From: Planctomycetota bacterium
GTDB lineage: Bacteria > Planctomycetota > UBA8108 > SXIK01
NCBI GenBank assembly: GCA_965223845.1
Contig: CBDCXR010000004.1
Location: forward strand, 4,640,001-4,704,000
DNA length: 64,000 nt
Direction of reading: 5' to 3'
The notes below the pieces were generated by a model. The model was not told the origin of the DNA. It did no database searches and worked only from the letters and a program-made list of their open reading frames with translations. Position numbers and translations under genes: made by a program. Below, in pieces: positions 37,771-48,843 of the stretch (position 1 is the stretch's first letter; the number at the start of each line of letters is the position of its first letter).

Positions 37771-39165
37771 TCACTCCGCACGCTTTCGATTCGCCCCCGA
37801 CGCCTTCCGGCCGACCCCTTGGCGCCCCCGCGGCGCCTCGAGCTCGGTCTCGATCCCGCGGTCGCCCTGGCTCTTCATGAACGCCTCGATTCGCGTCTTC
37901 AGGTCGGCGAGTCGCTTCGCCTCCGCGGGATCGGCGGCCAGGTTCTCGAGCTCGTACGGGTCGCGGCGCACATCGTAAAGCTCGAACTCGGGACGGCGCC
38001 GGTAGCCCTCGACGAAACGCCGCGCTCGCGCGTCGGTCTCCGCCTTCTTCGTCCACGAGTCCCAATAGCCGCTCCGGTCGGCGTTGGTCGTGACGATATT
38101 GCGAAACTCGGTTTTGTGATTGAGATTCCAGATCAGCTTGTGCGTTCGCGTTCGGATCGAGCGAATGGGGTAACACTCCGACCCGTTGATGATCCCTCGC
38201 GTCGTGTGAACGCCGTAGACGACATCGCGGTGCTCCTGCGATTCACCGAGCAGGACGGGGAGAAAACTCCGGCCATCGAGATCACGAGCAGGCGTGCCTC
38301 CAGCAGCTGCGATGAGAGTCGGAACGATGTCTACGTACTGCACGAGAGCATGCGATACCGACCCCGGTCGCACTCGTTCCGGCCATCGAACGATGAGACC
38401 GACGCGCAATCCCGTGTCGTAGCACGTCCACTTGGCGCGCGGAAACTGCGCCCCCTGCTCGCTCGTGCAGATGAAGATCGTCCCGCGTTCCTTGCCGCTC
38501 GCCTTGACGATTGCCGCGCACTCGCCGACTTCACGATCAAAGTCCGTGACCTCGGCGTAGTAGCGCGTGAGGCACTCGCGCGTCTCGGGCGTATCGACGA
38601 GCCAAGGGGGAACCTCGAGTGCGCTAGCGTCGTATCGAGACGCGTCACCGGCAGTCCACGGAAGGTGCGGACTATTCGACGCGACCACAAGGCAATACGG
38701 CGGAGCTTCCGTTTTTCCGATGAAGGACGCGAGCGCGTCGCGCTCGACGCGCTCGAAGGGAAACGAAGCCGGCGGCCCGAAGTGGCGTTTCCCGCTGAGG
38801 CCCACGCGGTAGCCGAGATCCCGAAGGTGGTGGACGATGCTTTTCGTCCCCGGCTTCACCCGGCTGTGATTCGGGAAGGCGCCGTTCCGCACCGGAAAGA
38901 GACCGGTGTAAAGCTGCTGGCGGGTCGGCGCACACATCGCGGTCGCCGTGAACGCGTGCGTGAAGCGCATCCCCTCGGTCGCGAGGCGATCGATGTTCGG
39001 CGTGTAGACCTCGGAGTTCCCGTAGCAGCCGGCGTCGGTCCACGTTTGGTCGTCCGCGATCACGATCACGATGTCCGGGGGTCGGGCAGCGGCCGAGGTG
39101 ATCGCCGCAGCGACGCTGACGAAAACGAGAGCGGCGCGCCCGAGTGAAAATCGCAGTCGATGCAT
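37771..39165 (-). CDS. Secreted S1 sulfatase (N-sulfoglucosamine sulfohydrolase-like)
   Basis: Signal peptide, IADD, CAPTR, GKRH, PHLPW, ELYD...DPYE..NLA. Confidence 0.9.
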   Translation of the reverse strand: MHRLRFSLGRAALVFVSVAAAITSAAARPPDIVIVIADDQTWTDAGCYGNSEVYTPNIDRLATEGMRFTHAFTATAMCAPTRQQLYTGLFPVRNGAFPNHSRVKPGTKSIVHHLRDLGYRVGLSGKRHFGPPASFPFERVERDALASFIGKTEAPPYCLVVASNSPHLPWTAGDASRYDASALEVPPWLVDTPETRECLTRYYAEVTDFDREVGECAAIVKASGKERGTIFICTSEQGAQFPRAKWTCYDTGLRVGLIVRWPERVRPGSVSHALVQYVDIVPTLIAAAGGTPARDLDGRSFLPVLLGESQEHRDVVYGVHTTRGIINGSECYPIRSIRTRTHKLIWNLNHKTEFRNIVTTNADRSGYWDSWTKKAETDARARRFVEGYRRRPEFELYDVRRDPYELENLAADPAEAKRLADLKTRIEAFMKSQGDRGIETELEAPRGRQGVGRKASGANRKRAE

Positions 39166-39434
39166 CCCTGATCCTCCGCGGTAGACGGGGTTCATTGTGA
39201 CGCGCGGCTCGCTCGACGTCCATCGGTGTCGAGAACGAGAGCAGGGAGCGGACGGAGTGGAACGGTTGCGCTGGTAACTCCGGGTGGTTCGGGATATGGT
39301 CGGATTGCTCGGGTCACCGATTGCACTAAAGATAGGTATCTGATCTGCCGACGCCGAACACAGCACGCTCTCGATTCGGAACGAACCCGCGTCGACGAGA
39401 GCCGACGACCCTCGCCGAAGGAGCTACTCCGAGA

Positions 39435-40283
39435 ATGCAAGTCGAGCGACGCAGCGACCTGTCGATCGAAGACTTCACCGCCGAATACCTTCAGCCGCGC
39501 CGACCGGTAATCCTCACCGACGCGACCGCCGAGTGGACCGCACACCGCGAGTGGAGCTTCGAATCCCTGCGCGATCGGTGGAAGTCGAAGACGATTCACC
39601 ATCGCGGCCAAGATTGGCAGATGGCGGAGCTCGTCGACCGGATTCTCTCTGCAACCGCGGACAACCCGGTCCACTATCTGAAGAACGTGCACCTCCAAAA
39701 GCAGTTTCCCGAGCTCGTTCAAGACGTTCAGCCTCGCCTCGCCTACGCGGAGCCGAACTGGTTCCGCAGTCCGAGCATGCCTTCTTCGCTCCGGCAGGAG
39801 GACCCGATCCTCGAGCTCTTCGTCGGAGGGCCCGGCACACATATCCGCCTTCACTACGACGAGTACTACATCCACAACTTCATCACGCAGATTTGCGGGC
39901 GGAAAGAGTTTTGGTTCTTCCCGCCGGAGGACGGTGCGTTTCTCTATCCCGATGAGAAGGGCTACCTGTCCCAGATCATGGATCCGAAGGAAACCGACCT
40001 CGAGCAGTTTCCGCTCTACCCGAAGGCGACGCCGATGCGCCTCGTCCTCGAACCGGGAGAAACGCTGCTGGTCCCGGCGGGCTGGTGGCACAAGAGCTGG
40101 CAGCACGAGCCGTCGATTTCGGTCGGTTCGCACTGCGTGAACGCGACGAACTGGCGCTCGTTCGTCGAGGACTACACGGCGCGGAAGAATCGCCCGCGCA
40201 CACTCCGACGCTGGGCTCTTCGTGCACGCCTTTGGTCAGCGGGGCTTTTCGTCCGCGACCGAACTCCGCCCCGCGCGGCTTGA
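39435..40283 (+). CDS. JmjC/cupin-like Fe(II)/2-oxoglutarate oxygenase
   Basis: F...YL..R.PVIL, LFVG..G....HYD, GRK.F..FPP, LEPGE.L.VP.GWWH (HxD...H triad). Confidence 0.85.
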   Translation: MQVERRSDLSIEDFTAEYLQPRRPVILTDATAEWTAHREWSFESLRDRWKSKTIHHRGQDWQMAELVDRILSATADNPVHYLKNVHLQKQFPELVQDVQPRLAYAEPNWFRSPSMPSSLRQEDPILELFVGGPGTHIRLHYDEYYIHNFITQICGRKEFWFFPPEDGAFLYPDEKGYLSQIMDPKETDLEQFPLYPKATPMRLVLEPGETLLVPAGWWHKSWQHEPSISVGSHCVNATNWRSFVEDYTARKNRPRTLRRWALRARLWSAGLFVRDRTPPRAA

Positions 40284-40394
40284 GACTCTCACGCTCTCCC
40301 ATCGATTCCCCTCGGCTGATCGCGGTCACACGCGGTATGCTGGAGCAACCATTCATTTGCTCGTAAGTGCGGCGTCGATTGCTCGAGGGAGGGT

Positions 40395-43300
40395 GTGTCG
40401 GTGGCATCATGTCGCTTGCGGCGAGTAGTGCTCGTCGCGACGGTCTGTGTGATTGCGGGGTTCGTCTCATCACCGCAGGCCGCCGAGTTTCGCCGCGGTG
40501 ACGCGAACTCGGATGGCTCGGTCAACGTCTCGGACGCGCTCTTCTCGCTTCTCTACCTCTTCTCCGACGGAGAGAGGTCGACCTGCGCGGACGCCGCCGA
40601 CGCGAACGATGATGGGCGATTGAACATCGCCGATCCCGTGTTCACACTCTTCTCGCTCTTCGTCGGCGATCGCGTCCTCCCGCCACCGTCGCCCGATTGC
40701 GGCGACGATCCGACCGACGACGCTCTCGACTGCACCGCTCAGCCGCCGTGTGATCGCCCGAGCGGCGGACGCGGGGCGCTCACCGAGTTCATGGCCGTCA
40801 ATACGCGCACGCTGCGCGACGGCCGCTCGGAGTTCAGCGACTGGTTCGAGATCACGAATGTCGGTGACGGCCCGCTCGATCTCGCGGGTCACTTTGTCAC
40901 GGACGATCGTGACTTGCTCGACAAGTGGATGATTCCCGCGGGTCCCGGCGTCGTCCTCGATCCGAACGAAGCGATCGTCATCTTCGCGTCCGGCCAAGAC
41001 TCCGACGACTTCGTCGATTCTCGCGGCTTTATCCATACGAATTTCGAGCTCGGACGCCGCGGCGAATTTCTCGCTCTCGTCGCTCCGGACGGAAGCACGA
41101 TCGTCTCGTCTATCGGCCCGGGGGTCCCCGAGCAGACCGCAGACGTGTCGTACGGACGTCTCGGCGACACGGAGATCTTCCGCGAGCTGATCGGGGAAGA
41201 CAGCCCGGCACGGGCCCTCGCCCCGGCAGCGCTGATCGCAGCGAACTGGGTGGACATCGACTTCGACGATTCCGAGTGGACGCTCGGCGAGATCGGATTC
41301 GGGTACGAAACGGAGGAACGCGGAGTCTTCTCCGGAAAGTTCGAGGCGGACGTCGAACCGCTCCTTCACGAGAAGGGCAGCTCACTCATTCTCCGCGCGA
41401 GCTTCGATCTCGAAGCGGACACCGCGATCGAAGAGCTCACGCTGTGGGTCCGTTACAGTGGCGGATTCATCGCTTATCTGAACGGAAGCGAGATCGCTCG
41501 CGAGAACGCCCCCGCCGAGCCGAGTCACGACGCGACCGCACCCGCGCCGCGGCCCGACGGTCTCGCGGTCACGAGCTACGCGCCGTTTGACGTCTCAGCC
41601 CACGTGGACCGACTCGTCCCCGGTCGAAATCTGCTCGCCGTCCACGCGTTCGCCGAGAGCTCTTCCGATGCTCGCTTTCTCGTCGTGCCCGTTCTCGAAG
41701 CCCGGGTTCGCGGCGCGTTCGCGGTCTACCTCCGAGAGCCGACTCCGGGTGAGCCGAACGCGACCGGCTACCTCGGCCGGGTCCGCGACACTACGTTCAG
41801 CATCGATCGGGGATTCTTCTCCGAGCCGGCAGAGCTCGCGATCACATCGGGGACACCCGGAGCGACGGTTCGATTCACCACCGACGGCGGCGCGCCGACC
41901 GAGAGCAGCGGCGAGCTCCACAGCGCTCCGCTCGCCATCGAGAAAACGATGGTCGTTCGCGCGATCGCCGCGCGCGACGGTTTCCTCCCGACCGACGTGG
42001 ACACTCAATCGTATCTTTTTCTCGAGGGCCCGGGCGGAGTTCTCTCGCAGGCGCAAACCCAGCCTGGGTATCCGACGGCCTGGGCGGGAATTCCTGCCGA
42101 CTACGAGATGGATCCCGAAATCGTGGAGCATCCCGATTACGCGGCGACCATCGCGGGCGACCTCCAGTCGATCCCCACTCTCTCCCTCGTACTCCGTCGG
42201 GCAGACTTCATTTCGCTGTACAACAATCCACAGGGGCGAGGTATCGCCACCGAGCGCCCCGTTTCGATGGAGTACTTCACGGCCGACGGGGCCGAGGAGC
42301 TACAAGAGAACGCCGGCATGAGAATGCACGGCGGAGCCGGCCGACAACCCGAGTTCCCGAAGCACTCCTTCCGGCTCCTCTTTCGAAGGCGCTACGGCGC
42401 ATCGAAGCTGCGCTATTCTCTTTTTCGCGGCGAGCCGTACGGCGGCGGAGCGACGAGCACCTTCGACAAGCTGATTCTCCGCGGGGGGTTCAACAACACA
42501 TTCCCGCACTGGTACGACGAGCAAGCCCTCCGCGCGCAGTACGTCCGCGATCAGTGGGCGCGCGATCTTCAATTCGAGATGGGACACCTCTCCCCGCGCG
42601 GACGATACGTCCACCTCTATATCAACGGGCTCTATTGGGGTCTCTACAACGTCACCGAACGGCCCGACGAAGACTTCGGCGCGACCTACTACGGCGGCGC
42701 GGAGGAAGACTACGACGTCATCAAGAATCGTCAGAGCACCGCGGGGACGCGCGCGGGTTGGAACCGGCTCGTCACACTCGCCTCGAACGCGTCCGATCCC
42801 GCGGCCTACGAAGAGGCGAGTGAGCTCTGCGATTTCGAAAATCTCATCGATTACCTTCTCGAAGGGTTCTACTTCGGGAACACCGACTGGGACCACAACA
42901 ACCAGGTCGCGATGCGCCGCCGCGATCCCCCGAGTCCGTTTCAGTTCCTCTCCTGGGACGCCGAGTTCGCGATCAGCCTCGCCCCGGGAGCGCAGCCAAA
43001 TCAGTGGGCGCCGATCCTCACGATCGATCGATCGCGCATCAACACCGCGAACGGACCGAGCGGAATCTTCCAGGGTCTCCGCCAGAACGAAGAATTTCGC
43101 GTCCTCCTCGCCGATCGCATTCACAGGCACTTCTTCGGAAACGGCGTGCTCACTCCCGAGCGCGTTCGAGAGATTTGGATGCGCCGCGCCAACGAAGTCC
43201 ACCGGCCGATCGTCGGCGAATCGGCGCGGTGGGGCGATTTTCGGCGCGACGTGTTCTCGCGGCGCGATCCCCGAAACGCTTTTCCGCTCTTCACCCGGAA

Positions 43301-44696
43301 CGAACAGGTCGCCGAGCACCAGCGCTGGATTCTCGAAGAGTACTTCCCGACGCGGACGGACCGAGTGATCGGTCAGTTTCGAGCGGCGCGGTATCTTCCG
43401 GACGTCCGCGCTCCGTCGATCAATCCGGCCGAAGGCGTCGTCGACGCCGGGACCGAGGTGAGCATCCGCGGCACGACCGGGCGGACCTACTACACGATCG
43501 ACGGCACGGATCCGCGAGAGAAGGGTGGAGACCTCGCTTCAGAAGCGCTCCTCGCCGGCGACTCCGTTCTGACGCCGATTCTCGTTGAAGGCGCGCCGGC
43601 TCGAGCTTTCGTCCCCGTCGACGACAGCCTCGGATTGGAATGGACGGAGCTCGGCTTCGACGACGGCGACTGGATCGCCGGAAGCTCCGGCGTCGGTTAC
43701 GAGGAGTCATCGGGCTACGAAGATCTCATTCTTCTCGACGTCGGACCGGACATGTTCGAAAAGAACGGCAGTGCGTACATCCGTCTTCGATTCGACGTCG
43801 CATCGGTAGACGACTTTGATCTCCTCACGCTCCGCATGAAGTACGACGATGGCTTCGTCGCCTACCTGAACGGAGTCGAGGTCGCCCGGCGGAACGCGCC
43901 CGACGACCTCGCGTGGAACTCAGAGGCGTCATTCTCGCACGGGGACTCACGGGCGAAGGAATTCGAGAACATCGACATCACCGAGCACCGCGATTCACTG
44001 CGCCTCGGCGAAAACCTCCTCGCCATCCACGGTCTCAATCGACGCACGACAAACAACGACTTCCTGATCGTCCCAGTCGTCGCGACGAGCGACGTCGCCG
44101 AAGCGGTCGTTGCCATCGATGCGACGACCCATGTGAAGGCGCGGATCCTGCTGAGCGAAGAGTGGAGCCCGCTCGCGGAGGCGGTCTACGTCGTCGACGC
44201 GGGGATCCGCGTCACCGAGGTGATGTATCACCCGGCCAACCCCGACGGCGCCGAGGAGGCGGCCGGATTCGATGACGACGACGAATTCGAGTTCCTCGAG
44301 ATTGCGAACCTGAGCGCGCTCGACCGGAATCTCGATGGATTCGAGATCGCTAGCGGGATCCGGTTTGCGTTCTCCGACGCCGCGCTCGCTCCGGGCGAGC
44401 GCGCGGTGATCGTTCGGGACCGGGCCGGATTCGAAGCCCGGTACGGTGTCGATTCCGTTCGGATTCTCGGCGAGTACGATGGAGGGCTCTCGAACGACCG
44501 CGACGAGATCCAACTGCTCGACGACGCGGGCCGGGTGCTCCTCAGCTTCACGTACAACGACGAGTGGCATCCCACGACGGACGGGGACGGACACTCTCTC
44601 GTTCTCGTCAACCCGGATGCACGCGGCGATCCCGATTCGGCCGAGGATTGGCGTCCCAGCCGAGACCGCTTCGGTTCGCCCGGAGCGAGCGAGTAG
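40395..44696 (+). CDS. Large secreted CotH kinase-family protein with dockerin-like, lamin-tail and jelly-roll domains
   Basis: FRRGDANSDGSVNVSDA; TEFMA.N...SDWFEI.N and VTEVMYHP...EFLEI.N (LTD); HLYINGLYWGLY...ER; GNTDW..NN; WDAE. Start position uncertain. Confidence 0.85.
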   Translation: MSVASCRLRRVVLVATVCVIAGFVSSPQAAEFRRGDANSDGSVNVSDALFSLLYLFSDGERSTCADAADANDDGRLNIADPVFTLFSLFVGDRVLPPPSPDCGDDPTDDALDCTAQPPCDRPSGGRGALTEFMAVNTRTLRDGRSEFSDWFEITNVGDGPLDLAGHFVTDDRDLLDKWMIPAGPGVVLDPNEAIVIFASGQDSDDFVDSRGFIHTNFELGRRGEFLALVAPDGSTIVSSIGPGVPEQTADVSYGRLGDTEIFRELIGEDSPARALAPAALIAANWVDIDFDDSEWTLGEIGFGYETEERGVFSGKFEADVEPLLHEKGSSLILRASFDLEADTAIEELTLWVRYSGGFIAYLNGSEIARENAPAEPSHDATAPAPRPDGLAVTSYAPFDVSAHVDRLVPGRNLLAVHAFAESSSDARFLVVPVLEARVRGAFAVYLREPTPGEPNATGYLGRVRDTTFSIDRGFFSEPAELAITSGTPGATVRFTTDGGAPTESSGELHSAPLAIEKTMVVRAIAARDGFLPTDVDTQSYLFLEGPGGVLSQAQTQPGYPTAWAGIPADYEMDPEIVEHPDYAATIAGDLQSIPTLSLVLRRADFISLYNNPQGRGIATERPVSMEYFTADGAEELQENAGMRMHGGAGRQPEFPKHSFRLLFRRRYGASKLRYSLFRGEPYGGGATSTFDKLILRGGFNNTFPHWYDEQALRAQYVRDQWARDLQFEMGHLSPRGRYVHLYINGLYWGLYNVTERPDEDFGATYYGGAEEDYDVIKNRQSTAGTRAGWNRLVTLASNASDPAAYEEASELCDFENLIDYLLEGFYFGNTDWDHNNQVAMRRRDPPSPFQFLSWDAEFAISLAPGAQPNQWAPILTIDRSRINTANGPSGIFQGLRQNEEFRVLLADRIHRHFFGNGVLTPERVREIWMRRANEVHRPIVGESARWGDFRRDVFSRRDPRNAFPLFTRNEQVAEHQRWILEEYFPTRTDRVIGQFRAARYLPDVRAPSINPAEGVVDAGTEVSIRGTTGRTYYTIDGTDPREKGGDLASEALLAGDSVLTPILVEGAPARAFVPVDDSLGLEWTELGFDDGDWIAGSSGVGYEESSGYEDLILLDVGPDMFEKNGSAYIRLRFDVASVDDFDLLTLRMKYDDGFVAYLNGVEVARRNAPDDLAWNSEASFSHGDSRAKEFENIDITEHRDSLRLGENLLAIHGLNRRTTNNDFLIVPVVATSDVAEAVVAIDATTHVKARILLSEEWSPLAEAVYVVDAGIRVTEVMYHPANPDGAEEAAGFDDDDEFEFLEIANLSALDRNLDGFEIASGIRFAFSDAALAPGERAVIVRDRAGFEARYGVDSVRILGEYDGGLSNDRDEIQLLDDAGRVLLSFTYNDEWHPTTDGDGHSLVLVNPDARGDPDSAEDWRPSRDRFGSPGASE

Positions 44697-44743
44697 AAAG
44701 CGCCTCCCGAAGGCTCAGAGCCCGTTCGGCTGCGCGTCCGGAG

Positions 44744-46117
44744 CTACTCGAGTCGGCCTCGGATCTCGGCCGTTCGCGCTCGCATCAGCTCTTCGTCCCC
44801 CCGGCTCTCGACGTTGAGACGGAGGACCGGCTCCGTGTTCGACGCACGAACATTGAAGCGCCAATCGGCGAACTCGAGGCTGAGCCCATCCGATTTGTCG
44901 ACGTTCAGGGCGCCGGAGTACTCCTCTTCCAGCTCGGCGAAGATCTCTTTCACGCGTTCCTGGCCGGGAACGCGCACGTTGATCTCTCCGCTCGCGGGAA
45001 AGAGACGCATACGCTCTTCGACGAGCTCGGAAAGTGTCGCGCCGCGCTCGCTGAGGAGCTGGCCGAGCAGGAGCCAGGGGATCATGCCGCTGTCGCAGTA
45101 GGCGAACTCGCGGAAGTAGTGATGCGCGCTCATCTCGCCGCCGTAGAGGGCATCCTCGGAACGCATCCTCTCCTTGATGAACGCGTGCCCGCACTTCGTC
45201 TGAATCGGCACGCCGCCGTGCGCAGTCACGGTATCGATCGTGTTCCACGTCAATCGAGGATCGTGGAGGATCTTTTCGGTCTTCGATGACCGCCCGAGCA
45301 AGTGCTCGGCGAGGAGGCCGACGATGTAGTAGCCCTCGATGAACGTCCCCTTCTCGTCAAAGAAGAAACAGCGATCGAAATCGCCGTCCCAAGCGACGCC
45401 GAGATCGGCGTTCGACTCGGCGATCGCGGCGACGGTCGACGCACGGTTCTCTTCGAGCATCGGGTTGGGAACGCCGTTCGGGAAGGTTCCGTCCGGTTCA
45501 TGATGGAGCCGAACGAACTCGAACGGTAGATGCGGAGCGAGGAGGTCGACAAACCGCCCCGAGCCGCCGTTTCCCGAATTCACGACGAGCTTGAGTGGAC
45601 GCATCCGACCCGGATCGACGTAGGAGAGGAGATGCTCGACGTATTCCTTCGACACGTCGAGACTCGACCGTTCGCCCTTGGGGCTCTTTCCTCCACCATC
45701 GTGCGCTTCGGCGAGCTGCCGGATGTCCTCGAGTCCGGTGTCGCCGCTGATTGGCTTCGCTTGGGCGCGAACGAACTTGAGCCCGTTGTAGTCCTTCGGA
45801 TTGTGCGACGCGGTCACCATGATGCCGCCGTCGAGCTCATGCGCGAACGTGGCGTAGTAGACCATCTCGGTGCCGCAGAGCCCGATGTCGACGACGTCGA
45901 CACCCGAATCGAGTAGGCCGCCGGCGACCGCATCGAGAATGCTCTCGCTCGAGAGTCGAATATCACGCCCGACCGCGACTCGCTTCGGGCCAACGAAGGA
46001 CGCGTACGCCGCGCCGATTCGGTAGGCGATCTCCTCGTTGAGCTCGTCCGGAATCCGGCCGCGAACGTCGTAAGCCTTGAAACACGTGAGGGTTCGATCG
46101 CGCGCCATCGTGGTCAT
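44744..46117 (-). CDS. manB: Phosphomannomutase/phosphoglucomutase
   Basis: FKAYDVRG, TASHNP, DGDFDR, GEMSAH, RASNTEP. AAGGAG RBS. Confidence 0.92.
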   Translation of the reverse strand: MTTMARDRTLTCFKAYDVRGRIPDELNEEIAYRIGAAYASFVGPKRVAVGRDIRLSSESILDAVAGGLLDSGVDVVDIGLCGTEMVYYATFAHELDGGIMVTASHNPKDYNGLKFVRAQAKPISGDTGLEDIRQLAEAHDGGGKSPKGERSSLDVSKEYVEHLLSYVDPGRMRPLKLVVNSGNGGSGRFVDLLAPHLPFEFVRLHHEPDGTFPNGVPNPMLEENRASTVAAIAESNADLGVAWDGDFDRCFFFDEKGTFIEGYYIVGLLAEHLLGRSSKTEKILHDPRLTWNTIDTVTAHGGVPIQTKCGHAFIKERMRSEDALYGGEMSAHHYFREFAYCDSGMIPWLLLGQLLSERGATLSELVEERMRLFPASGEINVRVPGQERVKEIFAELEEEYSGALNVDKSDGLSLEFADWRFNVRASNTEPVLRLNVESRGDEELMRARTAEIRGRLE

Positions 46118-46671
46118 TCTGACTCCTTGACCGCTGTCTCCATGAACGTGGCACCGCAGGCCTGGATAGACGCTCCCCACCGGATTCGCCCGAGTTCAGG
46201 CCGCGCGCCGGAACGAGTGACGGTCGGCCTCGTTCCGTTAGTATCGAACAATTCCAGCTAGCTCTTCACCTCGAGTTGCCCCGCGCCTCAGCCGCGCGAC
46301 CGGCCTCGTCCTCGACAGTTTCCCGTCGGGCGAGGAATTCGCGGCCCCGGACCCGATCCCCGGGGACGAAGCGAATCGACGGTCGATCCACTGGTGAGGA
46401 CGAGGACTTCCGATGCCGACCCCGCGTGCAGTCGGCGGTAGCCTCCGGCTCGCGGCTCGTCCTCGGCGATTCCTGAACGCTCGCTCTTCGCGGATGGCTG
46501 GCCGAACTCGAGGCCAATGGAATGTACGGATCTTCGAGGCGCGCGGCCAGTCCTTAACGGAGGCGTAGTGCGGGATTGACTCCACCACCGGAGTGGACGA
46601 GCGGAGAATCCGATCCCGTGATCCGAGCGCAGCGATACCCCTCGACGCCGGAAGTGGCGCCGATCGACCGG

Positions 46672-47616
46672 CTAGGCGGGCGCCGTCTCGAACGCGGAGA
46701 TCGCCTCGATCAACTCCTCGCGGACGCGATCGGCGTTCGCGTGGGAGACCTGGCACGTTCCCGCCGCCTCGTGCCCGCCACCGCCGTACTTGAGCGCGAG
46801 CGCGCCGACGTCGACCTCCGAGCTCCGGTCGAAAATGGACTTTCCGATCGTAAACACGGTGTTCTGCTTCTCGCGGCCCCAGAGGACGTGCATCGAGATG
46901 TTGCACTCCGGGAAGAGCGAGTAGACGAGGAAGCGATTGCCGACGTAGATCGTCTCCTCAGAGCGGAGATCGATCTCGACGAGACTGCCGTGTACGGTCG
47001 CGCAGCGCCGGAGCTGCTCTTCAAATGGCTCCCGGTGGGAACGGTAGAGCGCGACGCGCTCATTCACGTCCGGCAGCGCTAGGATCTCGTCGATCGTGTG
47101 ATCTTTACAGTACTCGATGAGATCCATCATGAGCTGGTAGTTCGACACGCTGAACTCGTGAAAGCGTCCGAGCCCGGTGCGCGCGTCCATCGTAAACGAG
47201 AGAAGAGCCCATCCTTGAGGATCGAGGACCTCCTCGCGAGTGAATCGAGCCGAATCCGCTTTGTCGACCGCTTCGAGCATTTCGCTGCTGATCTGCGGGA
47301 ACTTCTCGGCTCCGCCGTAGTAGTTGTAAAGAACGCGAGCCGTCGAGTCCGCGTCGGCCTCGAGAACGTGGTTCTCTCGCTGCGACTCGGCGAGGCGGAG
47401 CTCCTCGCTCGAATGGTGGTCGAAGCAGAGGTGGCAGCCGGCGACGTAAGGCAGGTTGGCGAGGATGTCGTCCGCCTGAATGTCGATCTTTCCGTCCTGA
47501 ACATCCTTCGGGTGGACGAAACGAACCTCGTCGATGAGATCGAGGTCTTTGAGTAGCGTCGCGCAGACCAGGCCATCGAAGTCGCTGCGGGTGAGAAGAC
47601 GGAAACTCTCTGACAT
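46672..47616 (-). CDS. DHH-family phosphoesterase (often annotated exopolyphosphatase/nanoRNase-like)
   Basis: TRSDFDG, FDHH, GGGH..AG. GGAGG RBS. Confidence 0.85.
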   Translation of the reverse strand: MSESFRLLTRSDFDGLVCATLLKDLDLIDEVRFVHPKDVQDGKIDIQADDILANLPYVAGCHLCFDHHSSEELRLAESQRENHVLEADADSTARVLYNYYGGAEKFPQISSEMLEAVDKADSARFTREEVLDPQGWALLSFTMDARTGLGRFHEFSVSNYQLMMDLIEYCKDHTIDEILALPDVNERVALYRSHREPFEEQLRRCATVHGSLVEIDLRSEETIYVGNRFLVYSLFPECNISMHVLWGREKQNTVFTIGKSIFDRSSEVDVGALALKYGGGGHEAAGTCQVSHANADRVREELIEAISAFETAPA

Positions 47617-47878
47617 CCGTGCCTCCGGGGGACGCGCCCGTAAGGGGATCGAGCGTTGCGGTTTGGGGTCGATCGGGAACTCGTCGTCTTCTATCGGCAG
47701 AACTCTGCGCGAACCCTCCCTCAAGGGCGCCGATGAGCCGGTAACTCGGCGCAGCATCGCCCCCGAACGAGGCGTGAGTGATTCGGGAAATCTTCTTGAA
47801 CCGACCGGCGATTCGCGCGAGAGATGGCCGGTTTCCGCCGGGAAAAGTCGCTTTTCGTTCCCCGAGAAACCAGTTTCC

Positions 47879-48730
47879 ATGAACGAGCTGAATTTCAAGC
47901 AGGAGCTCACCGGAGCGTTCGGCCAGCCGATCGCGGAGAATCCCACCCAGGCGATGATCGAGGCCGCCTACCGCCACCACGACCTCCCGTGGCGCTACCT
48001 CACGATCGAGGTCGCGCCGGAAGGGCTCGCCGACGCCGTACGCGGCGCTCGCGCGATGGGCTTCGCCGGGTTCAACTGTACGATTCCCCACAAGGTGTCC
48101 GTGATCGAGCACCTCGACGGCCTCGGCGAGTCGGCCGAGCTGATGGGCGCCGTCAACTGCGTCGTCCGGCGCGGTGACCGATGGATCGGCGAGAACACCG
48201 ACGGAAAGGGATTCGTCGCGTCGCTCCGCGAGCTGACGGATCCGGCCGGAAAAGACGTCACGATCTTGGGTGCGGGGGGAGCCGCTCGCGCGATCAGCGT
48301 CGAGGTGGCGCTCGCCGGAGCGAGGCGCGTCCGCATCGTCAACCGCTCGAAGAATCGGGGCGAAGAGCTCACGCGCCTCCTCGCCGAACGCCTCCCCGTC
48401 GAGGCGGACTTCGCGCGGCTCGACGATCGACACGCGATCGCGGCGGAGACCGATGTGTTCATCAACGCGACGTCGATCGGACTCTACCCCGACGTGGACG
48501 CGCGGTTGCCGATCGATTTCGACACCCTTCGTCCCGGCATGGTGGTCGCGGACGTCATCCCGAATCCCCCGCGCACCCATCTCGTTCGCGAGGCGGAAGC
48601 GCGTGGCTGCGAGGTGATCGACGGCCTCGGGATGCTCGTCAATCAAGGCGTCCTCGGCATCCAGTACTGGACGGGGATCGACCCCGATCCCGCGGTGATG
48701 CGAGCCGCACTCGAGGAGATCTTCGGGTAG
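47879..48730 (+). CDS. aroE: Shikimate dehydrogenase family
   Basis: NCTIPHK, GAVN, NTDG, GAGGAA, NRS, NATSIG, DGLGML..QG. Confidence 0.9.
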   Translation: MNELNFKQELTGAFGQPIAENPTQAMIEAAYRHHDLPWRYLTIEVAPEGLADAVRGARAMGFAGFNCTIPHKVSVIEHLDGLGESAELMGAVNCVVRRGDRWIGENTDGKGFVASLRELTDPAGKDVTILGAGGAARAISVEVALAGARRVRIVNRSKNRGEELTRLLAERLPVEADFARLDDRHAIAAETDVFINATSIGLYPDVDARLPIDFDTLRPGMVVADVIPNPPRTHLVREAEARGCEVIDGLGMLVNQGVLGIQYWTGIDPDPAVMRAALEEIFG

Positions 48731-48843
48731 AGCGCGGCCCCCCACGAAACGGTCGCGTGTTTCCTGATCGCGATCGCTTCGGCGGGAGCGATACGATCGT
48801 TCCCGTTCACGAGACACGTCACTCAATCGCGAGACACCGACGA

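Noticed and set aside
46434-46441. GGCGGTAG ops-like element near manB
   Set aside because: It lies on the strand opposite to manB transcription, there is no polysaccharide operon, and an 8-mer like this is expected by chance in GC-rich DNA.
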